The notes: generated by a model from the letters alone, not told the origin. A stretch of 64,000 bases of DNA from Octopus vulgaris (GCA_951406725.2 OX597821.1:5022001-5086000); one strand, 5' to 3'; shown: positions 30,066 to 41,709, numbered from the stretch's first letter. Translations and numbers: made by a program.

Positions 30066-31347
30066 CGAGGGGCGTTCAATAAGTAATGCCCCTGACCCAC
30101 TTCCCATAGCAGTAGAGCAACGAAACGTGGCACAGTTATTGGTCTTTTTCTACATAGGAAACACCCAGAGTTACGCATTTCTCCCATCGTGTGATGCAGC
30201 TCTGGAGACCGTTTTTGTAGAAGACCCCAGCTTGGTCCTCCAACCACGACGTGACTTCAGAAATCAAGGCTGCATCATCTGGGAAACGCTTTCCTTTCAA
30301 AAACAACTTCATGGCTGGGAAGAGGTGAGAATCAGAGGGAGCAAGGTCAGATGGGGGAGGAGTTCATAGCCGCACGCCTGTGCTTCTGATCTGGTGATAC
30401 GCGAGTTGTGGACCGAAAAGTTGTCCTGCAGAAGGAAGATGCCTTTGCTGATCTTGCCCCGCCTCTTGATTTTGATAGATTCTCTTAATTTCTTCAAAAA
30501 TGAAGCGTAATAGGCTCCTATAATTATGGTACCTTTTGCCAGGAAATCTGTCATCACTACTCCGTCCTGGTCCCAGAAGACTGTGAGCATGACCTTGCCA
30601 GCGGAGGGTTGCATCCTTGCCTTCTTTGGAGGAGGTGAGTAACGGTGCTTCCACTGCATTGACTGGGCTTTGGTCTCTGGATCATAGTGATGGACCCAGG
30701 TTTCATCCTGTGTAATCAGACTTTTGAAAAAATTTGACTCATCTTCTTGGCACATCTCCAAATTCATCCTCAAGCACTCGACGCGTTCTTGCTTCTGGAA
30801 AGGTGTGAGCAACCTGGGAATCCATCTGGCAGACACCTTTTGCATATGCAAATGGTCATGAATGATAGTTTCCACATACCTGGTACTAATCTTGATCTCA
30901 TGGGCTATTTGGCGAATAGTTATGCGTCGATCTTCCAAAATGGCAGCCTCAACTTGACAGACAGATACCTCATCAATGGCAGAAGGGGGGGGCGACCAGA
31001 TCTAGGAGCTGTTTCCACAGAGTTCCGACCATGTTTGAATTCACGATGCCAGCGTTTTACAAGGTCATATGATGGGGCATCATCACCATAAGTTACTTTC
31101 ATTTCATCAAAAGTCTCTCGTGGTGTGCGTCCTTTCAAATACAAAAACCGGATCACTGTTCGACACTCAACAGGCTCCATTTCACACTTAACTCAGTTCA
31201 AACACCTGTAAATCAAAAACCACAATTAGTTCAGGGCTGTAATTTATCACTTGATCTGTAGGGATATAAATAATTGTACATGCAAAATTTCAGCTGGATC
31301 AAACAGCGGCAAGTGGGTCAAGGGCATTACTTATTGAACGTCCCTCG
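30066..31347 (-). mobile_element. near full-length mariner transposon (1282 bp)
   Basis: TA-CGAGGGGCGTTCAATAAGTAATGCCCCTGACCCACTT ... AAGTGGGTCAAGGGCATTACTTATTGAACGTCCCTCG-TA. Confidence 0.95.
30136..31180 (-). pseudogene. mariner DD34D transposase, frameshifted
   Basis: HTH (MEPVECRTVIRFL..RSGRP), WIPRLL, QDETWVHHYDPETK, LLQDN, PSDSHLF, ending YVEKDQ*; split over three frames. Confidence 0.9.
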
Positions 31348-31425
31348 TAGTATTTGTATTTACTTACGGCTCATTCATGTTAATAACATATATATTTCTA
31401 CCCGTGCTGAATAAAATGACTTTGT

Positions 31426-31482
<57 letters not shown>

Positions 31483-31595
31483 GATGAATGAATTAAATCG
31501 ATACCTGGGTAGCAAATTCACGTCAGTAAAACACGGTTGAAGTTACATGCCAAGGGCAGAACCCCGTGTTCGTGTGTGGAAATTTGTGTGTTTTT

Positions 31596-31894
31596 TATAT
31601 GAATAAATGAAAAGAATGGAGTCGAACGAAGATTTTAACAAAATTCCTTTACTTTCGACATATGTTTCGAAGACTGCATACTCTTAATTCCGAAGGAATG
31701 AAGGTTGCATTATGCCGTCTTCTCATCAGGAAATACAATGATAGAGGTTCCTTGTATTTCCTGATGAGCAGACGGCATAATGCAACCTTCATTCCTTCGG
31801 AATTAAGAGTATGCAGACTTCGAAATATATTTCGAAAGTAAAGGAATTTTGTTAAAATCTTCGTTCGACTCCATTCTGTTCATTTATTCATATA
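31596..31894. mobile_element. palindromic hammerhead element: 143-bp arms (31596-31738 / 31752-31894), 13-nt spacer
   Basis: Arms are reverse complements with a handful of substitutions; each holds a hammerhead motif. Confidence 0.85.
31653..31733 (-). ncRNA. type I hammerhead ribozyme (intact)
   Basis: TTTC-CTGATGA-GAAGAC-G-GCATA..TATGC-A-GTCTTC-GAAA-C-ATAT-G-TC^GAAA; palindromic stem III ACATATGT; GUC cleavage triplet. Confidence 0.8.
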
Positions 31895-31896
31895 TA

Positions 31897-33536
31897 CACT
31901 TGCGTCAGAAATTAATTAGCACTTCTCAAATTTCTACATTTTCTTACATTTTCTTAATTTAATTAGCTTATTATCAGAAACGAACCCGTTTTTAATCAAA
32001 AATTTATTAAAACATATCCCAGCATACCACATAATAGTCAATATCTTGTTGCACAGGTACTGTGCAGGGATAGCCCTCCATGCAGCAAGAAGTGCCCCAA
32101 ACAGCTCGTGTCGGTTCCTGTATTGCTGCACATTCAAATCCCCACCCAATCAACTCCAGAGGTTCTCAATAGGGTTCAGGTCAGGTGACTGGCCAGGCCA
32201 GGCCAGTCCATGACCGTCGCCCTATGGTCCTTGAAGAAACCGGTTGTGAGCTTGGCTGTGTGGGGAGGCGCGTTGTCCTGCTGGAGCATGTACTCCTCGC
32301 CACCAAAGAGGTATCCCGCAGAGGGTAGGGCAGCATTCCGTACTATCTCAACGTACTTTGCTGCGTTGATGTTGCCTTCGACGGCATAGAGCCGCCCAAC
32401 ACCACAGTAGCTGAACGCCCCCTACACCATCAGACCACCCCCACCATGCTTCATGGTGGGAGCAATGCAGTCTTTGTTGAAGCGCTCACCCCTGCGGCGT
32501 CGCACATGGACAAGCTTGTCACTGACGAGACTGAATCGCGACTCGTCAGTGAACATCACTGTCCGCCACTGCTGTACGGTCCATGTCTTGTGGGCACGGG
32601 CCCAGAGCAGCCGCCTCTTCCGGTTTTGGGCTGTAAGGAGCGGCTTACGGGCGGCCCTACAGGATTTTAGACCAGCTTCCAGTAATCTGGTCTTGACGGT
32701 GGTTGTAGACAACTGCTTCCCTGTCACCTTTTGCATCTCCTCCGCCAGTTGCCGGCTCGTTGCCCTTCGGTTGTTCAGCGACTTTCGGATCAGCATCCGG
32801 TCCTCCTGCTGGGTCGTCAGCCTCTTCTGTCCCCTACCCTTTTTGTCAGCTGCTGATCCGGTTTCTTCGTATTTCTTAAATAAGCACTGAATTGTGCGCC
32901 TGGCTACACCAAGTTTTCTTACTATTGCAGCCTCCGACAGCTTCCCACGCCACGAGAGAGCCTCGTACCGTCTCTCCAAGGTCATGCGAGGTCTTGGGCC
33001 CATCTAGGAATGAACGATAAAAACCAGTTATTTTCATTAAAACTATTCATTTGAATAATGTTATGCTATAACAAAACTACTATGAGTTATTATTCATTAA
33101 ACAAAAAAGAAAGAAAGCAGAATTTCTCACTTTATTTGATGTATAACAGAAAGTTTTGTGAACCGGAAGTGACGTCACAAAGCAGGGTGTAGGAGAATTT
33201 GTGAGGAAAAAAAATCTTGCAAATACACAAATCAATTAACCTACAAGCTGTTCAAAACGTCTTACGCGATGAGAAAACTTAGTACGGTGTGATTTCGGTC
33301 CTTGCGAGGCGCTACCTATATCTATTAAACAAAGGAAGATTTGTCTGCATCCGCACTCCAAGTTGTTGTTGCACTGCTATGTCAACATCATTAGGCTGTA
33401 GACTCTCAAACCGCTCTGCAAACAAAGTTACGTCATCGTTCTGCGCAACAGTGAACTCGCAACAAAGCAATAGTTCGAGATATGGCCACTAGGTGACAGC
33501 ACATACCTTGAGTGAAGAGCAAATCAAGGGTGCTAA

Positions 33537-33541
<5 letters not shown>
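31897..33541 (-). mobile_element. Tc1-family transposon, right-hand TIR truncated by (TA)n
   Basis: TA-CACTTGCGTCAGAAATTAATTAGCAC at left; GTGCTAATTAAT at 33530-33541 followed by a TA array; contains a Tc1 transposase. Confidence 0.85.
32040..33003 (-). pseudogene. Tc1 DD34E transposase with nonsense and frameshift lesions
   Basis: GRGQKRLTT..KPLLT..WRTVMFTDESRF..GGGGLMV*GAF..LQQDNAPPH..WPGQSPDLNPIENLW; stop at 32422 replaces the conserved W; GGCCA slippage near 32190. Confidence 0.9.
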
Positions 33542-33597
<56 letters not shown>

Positions 33598-33729
33598 AAA
33601 AGTAAAAAAAATATACAAACTGGGACAAGAACGTGAAATATTTAGAAGACGACACAAAAAACCAGGACGGGACTTTCGAAGCCCTCAATCATCAGTCAAG
33701 AACCGGATCATCTTTCGGCTGATATATAC

Positions 33730-33798
<69 letters not shown>

Positions 33799-33895
33799 AA
33801 TATATGTATATATATATATATAACGATAATAATATTAAGGAATATGTTGCCAAACTTACAGGGAAAAATTCAATTTAGCAATACTAAATCAAATT

Positions 33896-33986
<91 letters not shown>

Positions 33987-34142
33987 ATATGTATATAAAT
34001 GAGAGATAACCACCATGTAGCAATTCAACTAAGATATAATTAAATCATACCATATAGAAAAGAATTAAAGATGCGATAAAACATTTACCTAGAACTAAAT
34101 AAAGTACGAAGCGATAAATAAATAGTAAATAATTAGTAAATA

Positions 34143-34224
34143 GACTAAACATGTTTCGTGGCTATATTTTCAAATTGATAACAGTAAAATCATTTCAAAT
34201 TAAATATAGTCACTCATCAGGTCC
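34143..34224 (-). ncRNA. hammerhead-like motif within a (TA)n-flanked element (~34000-34590)
   Basis: GGAC-CTGATGA-GTGACTATATTT..AAATATAGCCAC-GAAA-CATGTT-TAGTC; long stem II, palindromic ACATGT, stem I register off by about 2 nt. Confidence 0.5.
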
Positions 34225-34587
34225 AAGATAAAAACAATAAAATAATTAAATAAAAAGACGTATATTATCTTATAAGAAAATATAAATATATATAGAAATA
34301 CGTCATTTTTCAATAAAAAATCGAACAAAATTCAGCAATATATCTTAAAATAAAAGCACGAAATATCTTATCAAATATATTCTGTTAACTTTATACTTAA
34401 TACATAGGACTGTTTATAATAAATTTATCTCTTTAGAAACGTAGTGTAAATAAAAATTGAATAAATAGTTATAAATATTTATTTTGTCTATGAAAATATA
34501 TTTTAGGTTATAGAAGAGAAAAATAACAAGCAGTAGTATATCATTACTGGAAAATTAGAATAAAATTACTTAAAACAAAATATTTAA

Positions 34588-34653
<66 letters not shown>

Positions 34654-34807
34654 AGGAGATGTGGAACACGAGTTGTGATATATAAAAAAAGGAAATGAAG
34701 AAAATGCTGACAAAATAATTTTAAGTAAGGGAGAGTGTATTTAATTAGGTGAAAGATCTTTTTACCGGTTGCGCATTTGTTATGCTTATCAAAAGATATT
34801 TTTTTAA

Positions 34808-34885
34808 GAGAGATAGAGTTCCTTTCTGATAGATTTTGTTCTCTTATAAGAGAAAAAAATCTATCAGAAAGGAACTCTATCTCTC
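34808..34885. repeat. 78-nt spacerless palindrome (1 mismatch)
   Basis: GAGAGATAGAGTTCCTTTCTGATAGATTTTGTTCTCTTA|TAAGAGAAAAAAATCTATCAGAAAGGAACTCTATCTCTC. Confidence 0.9.
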
Positions 34886-35339
34886 CGCAGTACACTTGGA
34901 CCTCATCGGTTCTGATTGTGGGTGCTTATTTAGGTTACGTGCAAAGGAAAAGGAATTCGCGAGCTTTCCCTATTTTATTTTAAAAAATCAATATATATCA
35001 AATATAATTATGCCCCATGAGTTGTTGCAATCGAACCTACTTTCTCGTGGTTAAATCCTAGAACACTTCCAATCCACAGTGTCGGTAATCACCACGATTT
35101 GGGATTAGATAATTTACTAAAATTATATCTCCGATTTTCAGTAACTGACACATGAATGGGAATTTCATAAACTAATTTTATTGACAATCCCTCTTCAAAG
35201 ATTTTCAACTCACTCCCTGTGTAACATATGTGAGGCAGTATAAAAATCATATGTGAGACAATATATTTTGCACATGGGATGCATTTAAATTATTTTTATA
35301 TTTTGTTGATATCCATAATCGTCGCATCCGTTGGTATCT

Positions 35340-35400
35340 CTTTTACTCTCTTTTACTTGTTTCAGTCATTTGACTGCGGCCATGCTGGAGCACCGCCTTT
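35340..35400 (-). mobile_element. isolated SINE/LINE 3' tail
   Basis: AAAGGCGGTGCTCCAGCATGGCCGCAGTCAAATGACTGAAACAAGTAAAAGAGAGTAAAA, same tail as the 20901 SINE. Confidence 0.8.
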
Positions 35401-35406
35401 ATGCTA

Positions 35407-35515
35407 TGCTTACTGCACCTGGGTTTCCCAAGCGGTCACCCATCTAAGTACTGACTAGGCTCGACGTTGCTTAACTTCGATGATCAGACGAGAATCGGTG
35501 CTTTCAACGTGATAT
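35407..35515 (-). pseudogene. 5S rRNA copy lacking ~10 nt at the 5' end
   Basis: ATATCACGTTGAAAGCACCGATTCTCGTCTGATCATCGAAGTTAAGCAACGTCGAGCCTAGTCAGTACTTAGATGGGTGACCGCTTGGGAAACCCAGGTGCAGTAAGCA; includes A-box and C-box regions of metazoan 5S. Confidence 0.9.
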
Positions 35516-35785
35516 ATATACATACATACCAACGTAACCTAAATAAGCACCCACAATCAGAACCGATGAGGTCCAAGTGTACTGCGGAGCGCGTAGGACA
35601 TCAATTCGTTTCATAAAACGTGAGGTCGTATTGCATGGTGGAGTCATTCCGTAATGACGCCATCTTTGCTGAAAGTTAGATAAGTTAAAGAAAAACAAAA
35701 GTATGAAATTTCATATTCGTAAATAATTTTATTTCTTTCTTAATTTCTATTTATGGCTTTCTGTCTCCCTTTGTCTTCCTATCTC

Positions 35786-35831
<46 letters not shown>

Positions 35832-36026
35832 ACAAATGCAGACATCTACACACAATAAAAACATGTATGTGCTTATATATGTGTGCGCAAATTTTGTGTT
35901 TATAAATTTATGGTGTCTCTCTCCTACTCTATCTCTTTCTCTCACTTTCTCCTTCTCTCTTTCTCTCTCTCTCTCTCTCTTCTTTCTCTCTCTGTATATA
36001 TATATATATATGTATATATATCTATG

Positions 36027-36085
<59 letters not shown>

Positions 36086-36761
36086 CAAATACATTTACAT
36101 ATACAAATTTATAAGTAGATAGATATATGTATCTGTCTGTGTACATATATTTACACACACACATACACACATATACGCACACAAGCACACACATGTATAT
36201 ATATTTGCACATATACACCTCTGAATATATTATGGATATATATGCACACGCAGCCACACACTCACGCGCTCACACACACACATAATGCAGTACGCTATAT
36301 CTCAGTATCACAACACATGATTATACGGTATGTATATGCGTGTGTGTGTCTGCATACATATGCGTGTGCGTATGTGGAGATATATGGAGGCCGTATTCTT
36401 TCATTTTAAACTTCAGTGGAACCACCAATCCTAGACTATAAATGCTAAATTCTTCTTTTGTGTTCTATAGAGTAATCTGCTTTAACGACCAACTACCAAA
36501 ATGGCTAATATCAGGTGAACAGCTAATCGTCGTCTTGAAATCAGCCTTCTGCCTTAGTATGCAATTTCCTTTCAAGTTACGCATGAAAGAAAAATTCTTT
36601 TGAATTCAAATAGTTAATCACCAAACCATATCACGTGACTTTTTCATCAATGCCTCATTAGCATAATCACGTATATTTCGCTTATTCTATTATATGGATT
36701 TTCAAATTCTCAAAATACACATCACACATTTACATGTCTGTATGTAGAAGAGAAATATCAG

Positions 36762-36794
<33 letters not shown>

Positions 36795-36955
36795 GTGCGT
36801 GTGTGTGTGTGTGTGTGTGTGTCCGTGTGTGTGTGTGCGTGTGTGTGTGTGTTTGTATGTGTGCTTGCATGTGTGTATATTTATGTTTATATATATGTAT
36901 GCATGTATACAAATATATTTATGTATATACACATATCTCTATATACACACATATG

Positions 36956-37002
<47 letters not shown>

Positions 37003-37040
37003 GTATGTATGTGTGTATATTAGGTATGCTTCTATATATA

Positions 37041-37088
<48 letters not shown>

Positions 37089-37944
37089 TATATGTATGCA
37101 GAGGCGTATGTATGTACGTGTGTGTGTATGTTTAACATATATATGAAAGTATATGTTTATATACATATACATATATGTATGCATGTATATATACCTGTGT
37201 ATGTAGCATATATGTATATATATGTGTGTGTTTGTGTGTGTGAGTGTGTGTGTGTGTGTGTACAGCAACAGATTCACATTCTCATGTACAGCTATGCACA
37301 GATCTATACATGCACATATACATATATACTCATACATATGTATATATGCTTGGAAAATGTTACACACAGAAATACGTATGTATATTTATATACACAGAAG
37401 CACACACACATGTTTAGGCATCCTAATCAACATGACTCTCTTCCTCTACATTATTCTATATCTCTCTCTCTCAGTCTCTCTATCTCTCTTTCTGTCTCTC
37501 TCAGCCTCTCCATTTGTTTTTGCTTCGCTCCGTTGGCATCTGTATTTGTGTGGCTGTTGGTATTTGTCTCTGTTTGTGTGTGTTTGTACGTGTATGCTCG
37601 CGAGTGTGTGTGCGGTGTGTCTATGTGTGTGTGTGTGTATATGAGTGCGTATGTTGAATGAGTTATATGAAAATAATTCTTCACCGGTAGCCATATGTTC
37701 CGCTGTAAAACGCGTGTGAATAAATGGAGGCCCCATTCGAAAGCCTGTGTAATTTAATATCATTGAAGACGGATGTGAAATCTGTTAATTATTACAGAAT
37801 ATAAAAATTACTAAATCCGTATTTAGCTACTGTAATCAAGAAAATAATCGAAGTCAAGTAGAAAATATATATATATTGTTGCAGGTCACTTTTTTGGGGG
37901 GGTGGGGGGCGTTAGGATGAAAGAACTTTCGAGAGAATGACCTA

Positions 37945-38176
37945 GAAAAGAAGAAGAAGAAGAAGAAGAAGAAGAAGAAGAAGAAAAAGAAGAGGAAAGG
38001 AAGAGGAGGATAAGAAGAATGAGAAGAAGAAGAAGAATAAGAGAGGACAAGAAGAAGAAGAAGAAGAAGAAGAAAAAAAAAGAAGAAAAAGAAAAAGAAA
38101 AGGAAATAAGAAGAAGAGGAGGAAGAACAAGAAGAACAAGAAAAAGAACAAGAAGAAGAAGAACAAGAACAAGAAG
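37945..38176. repeat. (AAG)n purine-rich array
   Basis: Directly visible. Confidence 0.9.
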
Positions 38177-38526
38177 CTCGCACCTAACATTGTCTTTTGT
38201 ATGAGCGAGTGCAGGTTCATCTTCTGAGAATACGAATAAATACTTTTTAAAATCTCCTCAATTATAGAAGTTTTAATAATTATTCAAACAAATTCATTCT
38301 GTAGTTGGTAAAACGAAAGAGGACTTTGGTTCTGAATGATTAATGTGTCTACCAGGTAACGGTGTATTACCTACATTAGAAGCTACTGCTAAGGTATATT
38401 TATAATGCTTCTGAAATATACTTTCCACATATCATCAAAAGCATGTAAACCGGAAATGCTTCCATTCTCATGAGTGTCACTGCTCATTATATTTGAATGT
38501 GCAATTCCATTATTAGTCCACACTTT

Positions 38527-38735
38527 AAGGTGGCGACCTGGCAGAATCGGTAACACGCCAGACAAAATGATAAGCGGCATTTTGTCCGTCTTCACGAACT
38601 GAGTTCAAAATCCACCCAAGTCAATTTTGCCTGTCACCTTTTCGGGATCGGTACAATAAGTACCAGTTGTACACTGGGGTCAATGAAGTCGACTTACCAA
38701 ATTTTTGCGCCAAAATTTGACACTCTTATTAGCCA
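38527..38735 (+). mobile_element. tRNA-derived SINE (AAGGCGG family)
   Basis: A-box-like TGGCAGAATCGG, B-box GAGTTCAAAATCC, then TTTCGGG.TCG.TA.AATAAGTACCAGT..CACTGGGGTC. Confidence 0.7.
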
Positions 38736-38760
38736 AAGCTTCAGATTCATTTTCATTTAT

Positions 38761-38960
38761 CAGTGGGTGCTCAAAAGTTCCTAGCTTTAAGGTTATCACG
38801 AATGGCCTGGATGGAGGCCCAACCTTCTGATTTCTTATACGAGGCTTACAAAAACTGAAGGACCGTTTCAATAAGTGTATAAATCTGGGAGGGGAATACG
38901 TTGAATAAAATCATAATTAACTGATCCTCCTCATGCCAGGAATTTTTCAGCACCCCCTCG
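38761..38960 (+). mobile_element. mariner-derived MITE
   Basis: Imperfect TIRs GGGTGCTCAAAAGTTCCTAGC / GCCAGGAATTTTTCAGCACCCCCTCG-TA; retains the transposase end KCINLGGEYVE*. Confidence 0.75.
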
Positions 38961-39539
38961 TATATATTCAGTTAAACATTTGATACCAATTTATCTTTCG
39001 CTGACAAACTCTATAGACGAATTACTAGGATCCGATCAGTCGCTTTTTGGAAAGACAAACGAAGGCAAAGATGATGGATGCGTTATAGCTGTAGAGTCAA
39101 TTAATGGTGTGTTGTAGGCGCCATCTCTATAAATTACGTAAACGTTGTTGATGGCCTGTGGTACTTGTTGCTTATAATCTATAAATTATTTTCCTCTTTG
39201 TTCCATAATTCAAGAGTTTCCTACATCTCCAATTCATTTCTTTGACCCGCTTTGGACACTTTTTGGCTGTCATATTTTCGCATTCCACGGGCGTAGAATC
39301 TTTATGTCACACAAATATAACGATTTACTTTACATAAAACATTTCGTTCCTTTAACCTCATGCAGCATATTCTCATATACAGACATACTCGTGGTGCTTC
39401 CAGCGAACAGTGTAAGCTCTATTTATTATCTATAGCACTACGAAGTATTATATCTGGACCAACTTCTGTTTCGCTCCAGTTCCTTCTATTCTAGTTCCGC
39501 TGTTTTTGTATAATCCTTTCTAAAGTAAACACAAGGTTA

Positions 39540-39707
39540 GAAATTTGGATGTGGAATGGTCGATTACAGCGACTCCAATACTTGATAGTACTTCTCGGAA
39601 AGGATGAAATGCAAATTCTACCTCGGCGGAATTTGAACTCAGAATATGGAGCCGGAAGCAACGCCGTTTCCGCATCCTGATACGCTATGGATTCTGGTAA
39701 GTCACCG
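39540..39707 (-). mobile_element. degenerate SINE (AAGGCGG family)
   Basis: GAAAGGATGAAATGCAAATTCTACCTCGGCGGAATTTGAACTCAGAA. Confidence 0.6.
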
Positions 39708-39785
39708 ATTTTGTTCTATGTTTAATAATGGTAACTGCCTAGGAAAATGCATCTTTTTCACATATACGTCTAGTAAATGTAATAG

Positions 39786-40100
39786 TGTGGAGGCGCAATG
39801 GCCCAGTGGTTAGGGCAGTGGACTCGCAGTCGGAGAATCGCGGATTCAATTCCCAGACCGGGCTTGTGTGTGTTTATTGAGCAAAAACACCTAAAAGCTC
39901 CACGAGGCTCCAGCAGGGGGCGCTGGCGAGCCCTGTTATTCTCTTTCACCACAACCTCCTCTCACGTTCTCTTCCGGTTTCCTGAGTAACGCTGCGATGG
40001 ACTGGCGTCCCGTCCAGCTGGGGGAAAACACACACGCCACAGAAACCGGGAAACCGAGCCCATGAGCCTAACTAGGCTTGAAAAGGGCGAAAATATTTAT
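39786..40100 (+). mobile_element. tRNA-derived SINE with V-domain-like core
   Basis: A-box TGGCCCAGTGG, B-box GATTCAATTCC; CTGCGATGGACTGGCGTCCCGTCCAG resembles the V-SINE conserved domain. Confidence 0.75.
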
Positions 40101-41084
40101 TAGTAGCGTATGTTGTATCAGTAGTGCGTGAAGAACCAGGAGATTGCTGGGCAGCTCTTTCACGAAAAGTTTCACGACAACTTTATCGAAACGATTCACT
40201 GTTGCTTAAGTAAAGAACATAGTTGTAATTAGTAATTACATCAATTATTTATTTTTTCTTGCATCATTAATGTAGGAAATGGTCACAGTTCAGAGGATTC
40301 CATTATTTCAAAAATATTACGTCGCGGAGAAAATCGCGACATCTCTGGTTAAATAGTTTAGGAGAAACTTTCTTTCTTCTTAATACAATAGTGATGACAA
40401 AGATAATTAAGTAATTAATTGTTAATTTCCTCATTTAATTCCATATCAGTTACTAAATAAATAATACGATTTTCATATTTGTAATAAGAAACATAAATAA
40501 ACGATTGCTATAACGTGATTGTAAAATATAGATATATATATACATACATACATACATACATACATACATACATACATACATTATCATCACCCAGGTGCCC
40601 TCTCAGTGACCACGGGTCGATTCGCCAGGGTTCTCAAGTTCCATCTGTCTTGTACATCTTGTGTATAATGAGTTAGGCGCTTGTCCCAGTCTATTCCTTC
40701 ATGTCAGTTCACAAACATTTCGACAGCTCCCTACTTTCCTCCCTCTGGAATGCGGTTAGTCTTTCCTTGGCCAGTAAATCATGGCGCATCTATATCCAAA
40801 ATACAACTTTATGAACTTGATCTCTGCATTTCTAGAACAGCAGCGTTTGATACCCCGTCCTTCGACCTTGTTTTTCTCACTCTATGAATGATCAACATCT
40901 CAAAAGTATCTCTGTTCATTTCTGTATATATTGTCCGAGGGTTTTATCATAGGTGAGGCGCCATGTCCTAGGAAGTGAAGAGCTTTTCAAAAGAGCTGTC
41001 ATAGTAGTATACCAGGAATTGTCAGAACCGTGAGTGACCAAGAGATGTGTAAGACATGGATGTATGTAATGATCACACCCATTT

Positions 41085-41265
41085 CATGTCCATTCACTGG
41101 ATATCACTGAAAAGGAGAAGACTTAAGCTGAACTATTGAGAAATCTGTAGTTACTCTATCCAGATTAGAAGTTCAGGTTTATACCTGTAATTATTGGAGC
41201 CCTGGGATATGTAACACAAATCCAATCGATCACTGGAACTGTAAAACGTTCCATAAGTTTATCAT
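41085..41265 (+). mobile_element. degenerate 3' fragment of a second Dong/R4-like RLE family
   Basis: Translates to KFRFIPVIIGALGYVT, like the IPIIVGALG motif at ~17575-17605. Confidence 0.5.
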
Positions 41266-41654
41266 TTAAATATACTTGATTCATGGGATTGCCCTGAGTT
41301 TCCTGTCCATGAAGCTTTAGTTTTATGGCGTATCGTCAGACCCCAAACCCTGTTGGCCTAAGACCTCTTCAAAATATGGAGGGCAAAGAACCTCGCTAGG
41401 AAGGTAAATGATTAACTCCCTTTGCCATTGGCTATCGACTTCCGGCTTAGCGGAAAGTGTATAGCCAATGGTACTTCCCATTATTTTGTACACTGCTCTG
41501 CATCTCAGAGTGTGCTTCTTCTCTGGATTTATGATTTCCACAAATGATACACATATATACGCTCATATATATATATGTATACATATACACACATACATAT
41601 ACATGTATATTAATATTTATATATACACACGCATTTGTATATTTATATATATAT

Positions 41655-41709
<55 letters not shown>

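Larger units (their letters stand above)
28522..31390. repeat. ~610-bp inverted duplication (28522-29135 vs 29483-30065 + 31350-31390), right arm split by mariner
   Basis: e.g. GATATTGTCTCCATCTGCCGACAAACGAAT vs ATTCGTTTGTCGGCAGATGGAGACAATATC; homology resumes after 31349. Confidence 0.9.
34883..35589. repeat. perfect 58-bp inverted repeat (34883-34940 / 35532-35589)
   Basis: CTCCGCAGTACACTTGGACC..TAGGTTACGT and its exact reverse complement. Confidence 0.9.

Noticed and set aside
33660-33725. CTGATGA..GAAA on the minus strand in a TA-flanked fragment
   Set aside because: Stems II and III could not be paired convincingly; probably a decayed repeat
34759-34911. Possible minus-strand hammerhead (CCGATGA ... 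GCAACCGGTA) spanning the 78-nt hairpin
   Set aside because: Two core substitutions and no stem I pairing
35407-35515. Functional 5S rRNA gene
   Set aside because: Lacks the first ~10 nt, has no oligo-T terminator, is single rather than tandem, and is fused to a retroelement tail
39788-39855. tRNA gene candidates at SINE heads (also 45404-45475 and 46090-46162)
   Set aside because: A/B boxes are present but acceptor stems do not pair and SINE bodies follow; treated as SINE heads
40580-40900. Possible RTE 3' remnant on the minus strand
   Set aside because: Only a vague resemblance; no reliable motif could be translated
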